From the NCBI GenBank assembly GCA_036274355.1, contig DASUFX010000042.1:1-39519 (forward strand): a DNA stretch of 39,519 nt, in the 5' to 3' direction. The notes beneath the pieces were generated by a model. The model did not search any database, was not told where the DNA came from, and saw only the letters and a program-made list of their open reading frames with translations. This document shows positions 20,171 through 28,265 of this stretch, piece after piece; positions within the stretch are counted from its first letter, which is position 1, and each line of letters opens with the position of its first letter. This stretch comes from Kofleriaceae bacterium. GTDB lineage: Bacteria; Myxococcota_A; Polyangia; Haliangiales; Haliangiaceae. Position numbers and translations under genes: made by a program.

Positions 20171-21481
20171 CTAGCGCCCCGGTTTGCTCCGCAGCGGGCC
20201 GGCGCCATCGCGCGGCATCTTCGACGCGATCGTCTGCATGATCCACAACGTACGCGTGACGCCCGGCGACAGCGCGGGTTTGCCGCTCGTCATCAGCGCC
20301 ACCGCGATGTCGCGCGACGGATCGGCATACACGAACACGTTCGTGAATCCGACGTGGCCGAACGCGCGCGGCGTGTTGAGGCCGTAGAGGCTGGCGACGC
20401 GTGCGCCGAGCATGAAGCCCATGCTGTAGCGAATCGGCGCGCCGATCGTGAGGTCGAGCTCGAAGAACGTCTGCTCGGCGATCGCACGCTGGATCGTACG
20501 GGTCTCGAACACGCGTACGCCGTCAAGCTCGCCGCCGTTCAGCAAGAGCTGCATGAACCGCGACGCTTCGTTCGCGGTCGCAACGATGTTGCCGGCGGGC
20601 ACGACGCTGGTGAGGAAACGCGGATCGTTCGAGATCCGCACGGCCTCGTTGAAGCTCACGCTGAACAGCCGCTTCAGCATCAGCGACAGCGGCGGCAACA
20701 CCGGCGGACCGGTGAATGCGTTACTCGCGACCTCGCGGAGGCGCGCGGGCGGTACGCCGTAGTTGAACGCGTCGAATTTCAGCGGCGCGAGCAGCTCGTC
20801 GTGCATCACCTGACGCAACGGCTTGCCGGTCACCGTTTCGATCACGGCGCCGAGCACGAAGCCGCCGGTCAGCGCGTGGTACGCGAGCCGTTGGCCGGCA
20901 CGCCAGCGCGGCTTCTGGCGCGCGAGCAGCGAGATGATCTCGTTCGGTCGCTCGAGCAGGCTGACGTCGGCGAACTGCGGCGGAATATTCGGGATGCCGG
21001 CGCGATGCGTGAGCACGTGACGGATCGTGATGCGGTGCTTGCCGTGCTCGCCGAAGCCGGGCAGGTACATCGCGATCGGATCATCGAGGTGGAGCAACCC
21101 GCGCTGATCGCACAGGTGCACGAGCATCGCGGTGACCATCTTCGACGCCGAGAACATGTTGAACAGAGACTTCGGCGACGCGATCACCTTGTGGGCATCG
21201 GGCGGATCGACGGGCGCGTTACCCGTGATGTGGCCGATCGAGCGATCGAACACGACTTGCCCGCGCCGCCGAATACACAGCGCGAGTGCGGGGTAGAGGC
21301 CGGTGCGATAGGCGCCGATCGTCGCGCGCCAGATCGCATCGATCGTCTTGCGATCGAGACCGACGCTCGTCGGATCGACTTCGGGACCACGATCCGCCAC
21401 CTGCTCGGGTGGCGCGGTGCGCACCAACGTCTCGACGTGCGACCGCAGGGACAACATCGCTGCCAGCGTAGCAGAATTCAT
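20171..21481 (-). CDS. Beta-lactamase-fold serine hydrolase
   Basis: SxxK (FSASKMVTAM) and a C-terminal GHVGFTN (KTG-like) motif. 436 aa. ATG start. Confidence 0.85.
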   Translation of the reverse strand: MNSATLAAMLSLRSHVETLVRTAPPEQVADRGPEVDPTSVGLDRKTIDAIWRATIGAYRTGLYPALALCIRRRGQVVFDRSIGHITGNAPVDPPDAHKVIASPKSLFNMFSASKMVTAMLVHLCDQRGLLHLDDPIAMYLPGFGEHGKHRITIRHVLTHRAGIPNIPPQFADVSLLERPNEIISLLARQKPRWRAGQRLAYHALTGGFVLGAVIETVTGKPLRQVMHDELLAPLKFDAFNYGVPPARLREVASNAFTGPPVLPPLSLMLKRLFSVSFNEAVRISNDPRFLTSVVPAGNIVATANEASRFMQLLLNGGELDGVRVFETRTIQRAIAEQTFFELDLTIGAPIRYSMGFMLGARVASLYGLNTPRAFGHVGFTNVFVYADPSRDIAVALMTSGKPALSPGVTRTLWIMQTIASKMPRDGAGPLRSKPGR

Positions 21482-21533
21482 AATTGCAAGTGAATTGCAG
21501 GTGCTTGCACGTGCTCAGGTGAAGGCGTACAGT
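21482..21533 (+). promoter_or_regulatory. Three phased TTGCA-N-GTG repeats plus a candidate TTGCAC-N17-TACAGT promoter for the Fur-family gene
   Basis: AATTGCAAGTG (21482-92), AATTGCAGGTG (21493-503) and CTTGCACGTG (21504-13). TTGCA starts are 11 and 10 bp apart. TACAGT at 21528-33 would place a transcription start 0-3 nt before ATG 21543. Confidence 0.3.
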
Positions 21534-21542
21534 CCGAGTTTC

Positions 21543-21986
21543 ATGGCGGTGAGACAGAATCTCGACGAGCTGCGGAGCGCCGTTCGCGCGAAGGGCCTGC
21601 GCGCAACGCCGTCGCGTCTCGCCGTCCTCGAGCTGCTTCGCGCGTCGGATACGCCGATGTCTCACGGCGATGTCGCCGATCGCCTCGCCACCGAGGCGTG
21701 GGATCGCGCGACGATCTACCGGAACCTCACCGATCTCGCCGAATCGGGGCTCGTGCGCCGTACCGACGTTGGCGATCACGTATGGCGGTTCGAGGCCGTA
21801 TCCGACGATCACGAAGCGAGCGCGCATCCCCATTTCGTGTGCACCGAGTGCGGCACGATCGCGTGCCTGCCCGAGATCGAGCTTGCGGTTCGCGCGTCAC
21901 GGGCGAGCCGCGGCAAGGCACCACGCGCGGTCAAGCAGCGTCAGGTCGAAGTGCACGTGCGCGGCCTCTGCGACTCCTGTCAGTAG
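21543..21986 (+). CDS. Fur family transcriptional regulator (Fur/Zur/PerR-type; subtype not resolved)
   Basis: Winged-helix N-terminus (LRATPSRLAVLELL...PMSHGDVADRL...ATIYRNLTDLAESGLV). Two CxxC pairs (CTECG, CDSC). I start at ATG 21543 inside track ORF 21348..21986. Confidence 0.85.
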   Translation: MAVRQNLDELRSAVRAKGLRATPSRLAVLELLRASDTPMSHGDVADRLATEAWDRATIYRNLTDLAESGLVRRTDVGDHVWRFEAVSDDHEASAHPHFVCTECGTIACLPEIELAVRASRASRGKAPRAVKQRQVEVHVRGLCDSCQ

Positions 21987-22991
21987 TCACGGCACGACGC
22001 GCACGCATGCTTCGTACCACGCGAGCCCGAGTCGCTCGTCGCGTTGCACGAACCAGAACGAGACGTCGGTCGGCCCTTTCAGATCCTTCGCAGCCGGCGC
22101 GGTCCAGTCGGTGAATAGCGGCGCTGGGTTGCCGAACGGGTCGCGCGGTCCGCCGGTCGAGCCGGCCGAGAAGCCACCGGCCGACGCGAGGAACTGGTAC
22201 GTCGGGCTCTCGGTGAACATGCGCGACATGCCGTCGATCGTCGGCACGACGTACTCCTCGCGCACGCCATCGGGCTCGATCGGCATGAACCGGATCTTCT
22301 GTCTTGGCGCGACGACCGGCGGCTCGATACCCGCATTGTCGAGATCCTCGCACCGCTTCAGTGTGAGCGGCTGGAACTCCTGATCTTCGGCGAGCCGAAC
22401 GTCGACCCCCGCGAGTGACGGATTGTTGTTTGCCTGCAGCTCGGGCGGGATCCGCGGCTGCACGCGCAACGACTTGGCCGCGTACAGATCGAGATCCGGG
22501 TCGCCATCTTCGCCGCCGACGACCAACGACACGCCGTAATAGACGCCGCCGAGGCCCTTGAACTGATCCGAATCGAGCGAGTCGAGGATCACGCCGAGGA
22601 GATTGCCGTCGACCGGCACGGTCGCGCAGAACGTCGGCGGCGCGCCGGCCATGTCTTTGTCGTCCCCTTCCGGATCGTCCCACAGGCCGGCTCCGATCAC
22701 GGTCTTCGGTCCGCCGTCTGGGCAGCGCTCGTCGCTGTTGAGATTGCACAGCGTCATCGACCAGCGGATGCGGCGCTCGAAGTTGCGATCCGACAGCAGC
22801 GCGCAGACGTCGGTCGGTACGAGCTGGTCGAGCAGGTTCGGTGGCGGCGCCGGATTCGTGATGTCGATGTCGACGACTTGCTCGGGCACGCTCGCGCTCA
22901 TCGCGAGCACGCGGAAATCGATCACGATGTCCGGATCCTCGAAGGAGCCGCAGCCGACGAGGGCCAGCGCTATGACCGCATGCTTCACCAT
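21987..22991 (-). CDS. Cys-rich lipoprotein of unknown function, co-oriented with the TonB-dependent receptor
   Basis: This is the C-terminal 334 codons of track ORF 21987..24170, starting at ATG 22991 (MVKHAVIALALVGCGS, lipobox). It overlaps the receptor stop by 7 nt. Seven further cysteines. Confidence 0.7.
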   Translation of the reverse strand: MVKHAVIALALVGCGSFEDPDIVIDFRVLAMSASVPEQVVDIDITNPAPPPNLLDQLVPTDVCALLSDRNFERRIRWSMTLCNLNSDERCPDGGPKTVIGAGLWDDPEGDDKDMAGAPPTFCATVPVDGNLLGVILDSLDSDQFKGLGGVYYGVSLVVGGEDGDPDLDLYAAKSLRVQPRIPPELQANNNPSLAGVDVRLAEDQEFQPLTLKRCEDLDNAGIEPPVVAPRQKIRFMPIEPDGVREEYVVPTIDGMSRMFTESPTYQFLASAGGFSAGSTGGPRDPFGNPAPLFTDWTAPAAKDLKGPTDVSFWFVQRDERLGLAWYEACVRVVP

Positions 22992-25633
22992 GTGCCGCGC
23001 ACTCCGATGGTGGGGAAGATCGGGAAGCTTGTCACCGGTGTCGACTCGCGGAAGCGGTAGTCGTAGTCGATGCCTTCCTGATTCTTGCGATTCGTGACGT
23101 TGATGACGTCGATATACGCGCCGATGCTCCACAGCTGGAACAACCACGTCTTCTCGATGCGCACGTCGAGCTGCATGAACGTGTCGACGCGATGCGTGCG
23201 CATGCCCGTCGTCACCGGGTCGTAGCAGCCGCAGTCGGCGTCGAACGTCGCGCCGATCACCTTCGTATCGGGCCGGCCGCTCGCGAGCTGGAAGCGCGCA
23301 CCGAGCTCGAAGCCAGCACCCGGCTTGTAGCTCGCGACGGCATTCATCACGTGCGGCTGATCGAAGCTCGTCGCGAACCAGCCCTCGCCCTCGCGATTTG
23401 TCTGTCGCGAGCGGCTGTACGTATACGAGAGCCAGCCGAACGCCTTCTCGCTGATCTCGCGCTTGATGATCGCCTCGAGGCCGTACGACGCACGGCGCCC
23501 GGTGTTGCGGAAGTTGACGTAGCTGAACGTGCCGTCCGAGTTCATGATGACGTCGGGCGTGAACACGATGACGTCCCGGCGATCGACGTAATAGATCTCG
23601 CTGTCGACCGACCACAGCCGCTCCGGCTTCCACTCGTAGCCGAGGCCGTAGTGATAGCCGTGCTCGAGCTGGATGTCTGGATTGCCGAAGCGCGTGTCGA
23701 GTGCTTCTGGCTGCGGTGGCTGGCTGAACCGACCGACGTACGCCTTGCCGACGAACTTCGACGACAGCTTGTACTTGGCGACGAGCCGCGGGTCGACCGA
23801 TTGGCGCGTGTTGCCATCGAGCATGTAACCGTCGAGGCGCAGGCTCGGGATCAGCTTGAGGTTCGCCGTCGCGTCGATGCCGAGGTCGACATAGCCGCCG
23901 AGCCCGAGGCTCTGCGAGCCGCGGAACAGCTTCGATGGCGGGATGTCGACACCCTGGGTCTCGATCAACGTGTCGTCGACCGGCACGAGTGCCTCGAACG
24001 TGGTCACGCGCGACATCAGGTCGAGCCCGGTGTCGAGCGTCAGCGTCGGTCGCAGCTTGCCGTTCACGCGCATGCGATACGACAGCGCCTTGTTCTTCAC
24101 CGACAGGCTCGTGAACGGGCCGGACGTCTCGGCTTGCGCACCCGCGAACGTGATCGAGTCGGCGCCCCACGCGGGCGACAGCGTCAGCTTGAGGTCGCCA
24201 CCGAGCGGGCGCGTGTACGTGCCGATCACGCGGAAGAAGCTCACCGCGGTGTTCAGGTTCGCCGACGTGTTCGCGTCCGGATCCTTCTGGAACACGTGCA
24301 GCGTGTCCGACGAGCCGATCGCGAACAGACTCAGTCGCCCCTCGCGATGGAGATCCCAGTCGACGCGGCCCTGATAGTCGTAATAGACCGGCGTCACGAT
24401 CCGCTGCGAGCCTGCGGTCGGTTCGGGCAGGAACAGAGGAAGGATGAGATCGATATACGAGCGACGTCCGGCGACCGCGGCCGATACGTCCTTCGTGATC
24501 GGCGCGCGGATGTAGCCGCCGCTGTCGATCAGATCGACCTTCGCAGCGCCGTGGATGCCGTCGCTCTTCGTCGGCCGCGACTCGAGTGCGACGACACCGC
24601 CGTGATGACGGCCGAACCGGCCCGGAAAGCCTCCCGGATACAGATCGATCGACTCGAGCATGTCGGCGTTGAAGATCGACGGGCCGCCGAGGAAGTGGAA
24701 CAGGCTGGGCACCTCGTGGCCGTCGAGGAAGATGCCGGTGTCGTCGGGATTACTGCCGCGCACGAGCAACAGGCCGAGGCCGAACGGTGGGCGTTGCAGA
24801 CCGGGCAGCGTCTGGATCACGCGCACCGGATCGCCGAACGTGCCGGGCACGCTCGTGAACTGCTGGCGGTGCAGCGTGCGCTTCGTGACCTCGAGCTGCT
24901 CGCGCTCGCCCTCGACGATCGTCTCGTACGGATTGCCGCCGCGCGGCCGCATCCACAGCCGCACTTCGAGTGCCTCGCGCTTCTCGATGACGACGGGCCG
25001 CTCGAACCGATCGTATTTCGGATCGACCGCGAGGACCTGGTAATGCCCGGGTGCGACGCCGTGGAAATAGAACGTGCCGTCGTCGCCAGTGACCGCATCG
25101 AGGCCGAGCTCGACGATCGACACGATCACACCGGCGAGCTTCTTGCGCGTGCCGCGTTCGAGCGCCACGCCCTGCAGCGTGATCGGATCCGACATGATGC
25201 CGGCGTGGTTCGGCGGTCCGACTTGCTGGTCTGGCTTCGGCGGCGGTGGCGGCGGTTCTTCCTCGACCTTCAGATCGATCGTGAAGCCGATCGCGGTCTC
25301 GACCGCGACCTCCGCCGGTTTGCCGTCGATCTCGGCCGGCTCGAACACGTACTGCATCGCGGCGGCGACCGCGGCTTCATCGAAGCCATCGCCGACGGGC
25401 TCGAGCACGTCGACCTTCGTCACCACGCCGGTCGCGTCGATATGGATCCGGACCTTGACCTTCGCGGTCTTGCCGGCGGCGAGCGCCGCAGGCGGATACT
25501 CCGGCGCGACGGCCTGGATCAGCTTTGGCGACTTCGTGATCTTGCCGGCCGGTGGCGCCGCGCTTCCCGAGCCGCTGCCCTGCGCATGCGCGATCGCGCA
25601 CAACGCAACCAGCGCGACAACGACGCGGAACAT
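22985..25633 (-). CDS. TonB-dependent receptor with an N-terminal TonB C-terminal-like domain and a carboxypeptidase-regulatory-like domain
   Basis: Signal peptide, then a TonB_C-like block (APEYPPAALAAGKTAKVKVRIHIDATGVVTKVDVLEPVGDGFDEAAVAAAMQYVFEPA). A poly-Pro linker follows. Next comes a CarboxypepD_reg-like block (LAGVIVSI...DGTFYFHGVAPGHYQV). The plug follows (GDPVRVIQTLPGL...VRGSNPDDTGIFLDG). A long beta-barrel ends in an aromatic residue (GVRGTW). Confidence 0.85.
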   Translation of the reverse strand: MFRVVVALVALCAIAHAQGSGSGSAAPPAGKITKSPKLIQAVAPEYPPAALAAGKTAKVKVRIHIDATGVVTKVDVLEPVGDGFDEAAVAAAMQYVFEPAEIDGKPAEVAVETAIGFTIDLKVEEEPPPPPPKPDQQVGPPNHAGIMSDPITLQGVALERGTRKKLAGVIVSIVELGLDAVTGDDGTFYFHGVAPGHYQVLAVDPKYDRFERPVVIEKREALEVRLWMRPRGGNPYETIVEGEREQLEVTKRTLHRQQFTSVPGTFGDPVRVIQTLPGLQRPPFGLGLLLVRGSNPDDTGIFLDGHEVPSLFHFLGGPSIFNADMLESIDLYPGGFPGRFGRHHGGVVALESRPTKSDGIHGAAKVDLIDSGGYIRAPITKDVSAAVAGRRSYIDLILPLFLPEPTAGSQRIVTPVYYDYQGRVDWDLHREGRLSLFAIGSSDTLHVFQKDPDANTSANLNTAVSFFRVIGTYTRPLGGDLKLTLSPAWGADSITFAGAQAETSGPFTSLSVKNKALSYRMRVNGKLRPTLTLDTGLDLMSRVTTFEALVPVDDTLIETQGVDIPPSKLFRGSQSLGLGGYVDLGIDATANLKLIPSLRLDGYMLDGNTRQSVDPRLVAKYKLSSKFVGKAYVGRFSQPPQPEALDTRFGNPDIQLEHGYHYGLGYEWKPERLWSVDSEIYYVDRRDVIVFTPDVIMNSDGTFSYVNFRNTGRRASYGLEAIIKREISEKAFGWLSYTYSRSRQTNREGEGWFATSFDQPHVMNAVASYKPGAGFELGARFQLASGRPDTKVIGATFDADCGCYDPVTTGMRTHRVDTFMQLDVRIEKTWLFQLWSIGAYIDVINVTNRKNQEGIDYDYRFRESTPVTSFPIFPTIGVRGTW

Positions 25634-25649
25634 AGGCGCGAAGTATTGC

Positions 25650-26558
25650 TCAGGTCGTTGTCATCTGCCGCAGATGTGCGAGCAGCTTGTCGAACATGCC
25701 CTTCATGGCGCCTTCAAGGGCGTCCTTGCGCATGCTCGGCAAGAACTTCGGCTTGTACTTCGCGACCGGAACCTGGACCTTCGCGCCGCCCGACAAGAAC
25801 GACAGCATCTTGCCCTTGTCGTCGGTGATCGCGAGCCGGAGCTCGGCGTCGACCACCATATAGGTGCCGTCCTGCACGACGTCGAGCTTGACGACCGACA
25901 CGTCGATCATGCGCGGGTCGAGGCCCCAGCGCTGGGCATCGGCTGCGACCATTGTCACTTGCGGCGCCGCCTTCAGCTGATCCTGCAGCGCGAGCTTGAG
26001 GATGTCAGCATGCAATTTGCGGGTGTTCTTGTCGGTCTTGCCCGGCGAGTCGTCGTTCGTGCCCTTGATCGTGACGTAGAGATCGGGTTGATCAGCGACC
26101 GCGTGCGGTGACCGACCGAAGCCGGTCGTTTTCTTACGCGCTTGCGCCGACCCGGCGGCCGGCGGCGTGAGCTGGTCGTCCTTGATGTTGTTCGCCTTCG
26201 CGACCAGCACCGCAGCTTCGTGGGCCTTCGCGCGCACGGTATCGTCGAGATCATCCGTTGCCGCATTCTTGAGCGCGGGCAGCGCCGCCTTGTGGCCGAG
26301 CTTGCCGAGCGCGGTCGCCGCGATCGCGCGCACTTGCGCGTTGGGATCCTGAAGTGCGGTGACAAGCGGCTTCATCGTGCGCTTGTCGCCGAGGCGTGCG
26401 AGCGAGAGCACCGCCGACATGCGCGTCTTCTCGCTCGAGCTCGACAGCATTTGCGTCAGCTCGGTGATGCGATCACCGGCAAACGCAGGGGTGCGATTCA
26501 TGACGACCGCTACTGCGATCATCACGACGAGCGCGCATAGTCGATTTCCTCCTCGCAT
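25650..26558 (-). CDS. Secreted HEAT-repeat protein with an uncharacterised C-terminal domain
   Basis: I start at ATG 26558 (MRGGNRLCALVVMIAVAVV, signal peptide) inside track ORF 25650..27011. HEAT/PBS-lyase-like repeats are present (RMSAVLSLARLGDKRTMKPLVTALQDPNAQVRAIAATALGKLGHKAALPAL). Confidence 0.75.
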   Translation of the reverse strand: MRGGNRLCALVVMIAVAVVMNRTPAFAGDRITELTQMLSSSSEKTRMSAVLSLARLGDKRTMKPLVTALQDPNAQVRAIAATALGKLGHKAALPALKNAATDDLDDTVRAKAHEAAVLVAKANNIKDDQLTPPAAGSAQARKKTTGFGRSPHAVADQPDLYVTIKGTNDDSPGKTDKNTRKLHADILKLALQDQLKAAPQVTMVAADAQRWGLDPRMIDVSVVKLDVVQDGTYMVVDAELRLAITDDKGKMLSFLSGGAKVQVPVAKYKPKFLPSMRKDALEGAMKGMFDKLLAHLRQMTTT

Positions 26559-26570
26559 GCTCGTGCCTCG

Positions 26571-26600
26571 ATTAGACGGGCCACTCCTCAACGAAGTCAA
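26571..26600 (-). promoter_or_regulatory. Candidate sigma70-type promoter, TTGACT-N18-TCTAAT, for the HEAT/receptor/lipoprotein genes
   Basis: On the minus strand, TTGACT is at 26600..26595 and TCTAAT at 26576..26571. Only 12 nt separate the -10 element from ATG 26558, so any leader would be very short. Confidence 0.3.
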
Positions 26601-26657
26601 TGTTTTCTGCGTAACCTCGGGTGCGCTTCGCGCGCATCGCAGGTGTATGGTGAAGTG

Positions 26658-27494
26658 ATGTCTGAGCAGCCGTACCGCATTGGCGTACTCGCAGGAGCAC
26701 TCGTGCTGGTGGCTGTGATCACGTATTTGCGGTTTTGCGGGAGTGTCGGGTTGCCCCCGAAGCCGCCGCCACCGACGGGGCCGAGCGGTACGCAGTCCGA
26801 GTTGCTGTCGAAGTCGACGACCTCGCCGACCATCTACAAGGGATTTCTCGATAGTGATGCGGCCGCTGCCGGCGTGCGCGCTCCGACGATCGATGAGATG
26901 TCGCGCAAGCTGTCGTATCGCGTGGACGAAGCGCGCCACGTGCTCGAACCCGGTCAGCCTCCGCTCGAAGTTGCCGGTTTGCGGATTCGACTCGAGCGCA
27001 CGAGCGATCAAGTCGTGATGGTGATCCAGAACATGCTCGGTTCCGACGCTGCGTACGAAGTGACGTCGTCGCCGAGTACGGGCTCCGCGCTATGCAAGGG
27101 TGCGCGTGCGCTGCCGTTCAATGCGATGGTGATCTCGAAGGGGCAGAGCGAACGCCGCACCGAGTGCACGTGGCGCGATGGCATGTCGATCATCGTGACG
27201 AAGGTCGAAACGATCGAGCTGGCGCCGCTACCGGCTTGGTACATCAGCCAAGTTCCACCGCAGGTCGTGGGCATTGAAGACCGACTCGCGCGGGGGCATC
27301 GTGGGGTCGACACGAAGGAAAAATGCTCCGCGGTTCAGTCCCAAGTGGTCCGAACTGGGCTCGATCGGGGCGATATTGGGTGGCGAGATCTGATCGACTT
27401 CTACTCCCGGCACCGCTGCCAGACCTACCAGTTTCCGTCGACTTATCGCGCATTTAAGTCTGACGGCGAGCGGCGCGTCCCAGCCGGTGGCTGA
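26658..27494 (+). CDS. Membrane-anchored hypothetical protein
   Basis: MSEQPYRIGVLAGALVLVAVITYL forms an N-terminal TM anchor, followed by a Pro-rich linker and a roughly 200-aa domain with 5 Cys. Good third-position GC. An alternative GTG start lies at 26643. Confidence 0.65.
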   Translation: MSEQPYRIGVLAGALVLVAVITYLRFCGSVGLPPKPPPPTGPSGTQSELLSKSTTSPTIYKGFLDSDAAAAGVRAPTIDEMSRKLSYRVDEARHVLEPGQPPLEVAGLRIRLERTSDQVVMVIQNMLGSDAAYEVTSSPSTGSALCKGARALPFNAMVISKGQSERRTECTWRDGMSIIVTKVETIELAPLPAWYISQVPPQVVGIEDRLARGHRGVDTKEKCSAVQSQVVRTGLDRGDIGWRDLIDFYSRHRCQTYQFPSTYRAFKSDGERRVPAGG

Positions 27495-27579
27495 GTGTCG
27501 GACGAGTTTCCGCGGAGATACAGTTGCGCTCGGCCCAAGTCCCCGTTTAGCCTAAGGTCTAGGTAACGCGGAGTCACGG

Positions 27580-27942
<363 letters not shown>

Positions 27943-28105
27943 TTCCTCGTCGGTAAGTAGGCGTCGTTTGGGCATTTCCTCGTCGAGGAAATGGTTTCGT
28001 GCGTCTGATCGTCGTCGGTAAGTGAGCGTTTTCTCGTCGAGGAAGTGCGTCGCTCACGCGATCGCGCATCGTAGATCAGCGTTTTCTCGACGAGGAATCG
28101 TAAGT
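27943..28105. repeat. Degenerate repeat family A: TCG(G)TAAGT plus AGCGTTTTCTCG-N-CGAGGAA palindromic cores
   Basis: Exact 12-mer TCGTCGGTAAGT at 27947-58 and 28012-23. Near-palindromes TTTCCTCGTCGAGGAAA (27975-91), TTCTCGTCGAGGAA (28031-44) and TTCTCGACGAGGAA (28084-97). Confidence 0.6.
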
Positions 28106-28159
28106 CAGCGACATCGCGATGATCGCGTCGGCGCTGCTCGAGCCGCTGACGATCCTCGC

Positions 28160-28265
28160 GTCGAGTGATCGCGATGTTGCTCGATTCGCTGGATCGCGGT
28201 GTTGCTCGATCCGCTGGATCGCGGTGTCGAGTGATCGCGCGGTGTTGCTCGATCCTAGCGATCGG
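28160..28265. repeat. Repeat family B: 25-bp tandem repeat flanked by GTCGAGTGATCGCG copies
   Basis: GTTGCTCGATTCGCTGGATCGCGGT (28176-200) and GTTGCTCGATCCGCTGGATCGCGGT (28201-25) match at 24/25. A partial third copy lies at 28244-65 and overlaps the stop of the PEP-utilising gene. GTCGAGTGATCGCG occurs at 28160-73 and 28226-39. Confidence 0.65.

Noticed and set aside
25650-27011. The 151-codon upstream extension of the HEAT-repeat ORF, and likewise the 393-codon upstream extension of the lipoprotein ORF 21987..24170.
   Set aside because: The extensions are Arg-rich junk and overlap better-supported genes or promoter regions. Internal ATGs at 26558 and 22991 give proper signal or lipoprotein peptides.
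28007-28263. The GATC cluster considered as a replication-origin-like region.
   Set aside because: I saw no DnaA-box-like TTATCCACA or TGTGGATAA motifs, no AT-rich unwinding element and no dnaA or dnaN nearby. The GATC excess follows from the GATCGC-containing repeat units.
27943-28265. The repeat cluster considered as a possible CRISPR array.
   Set aside because: The repeats are degenerate, and the 25-mers are directly adjacent with no spacers. There are only 2-3 copies and no cas genes in the window.
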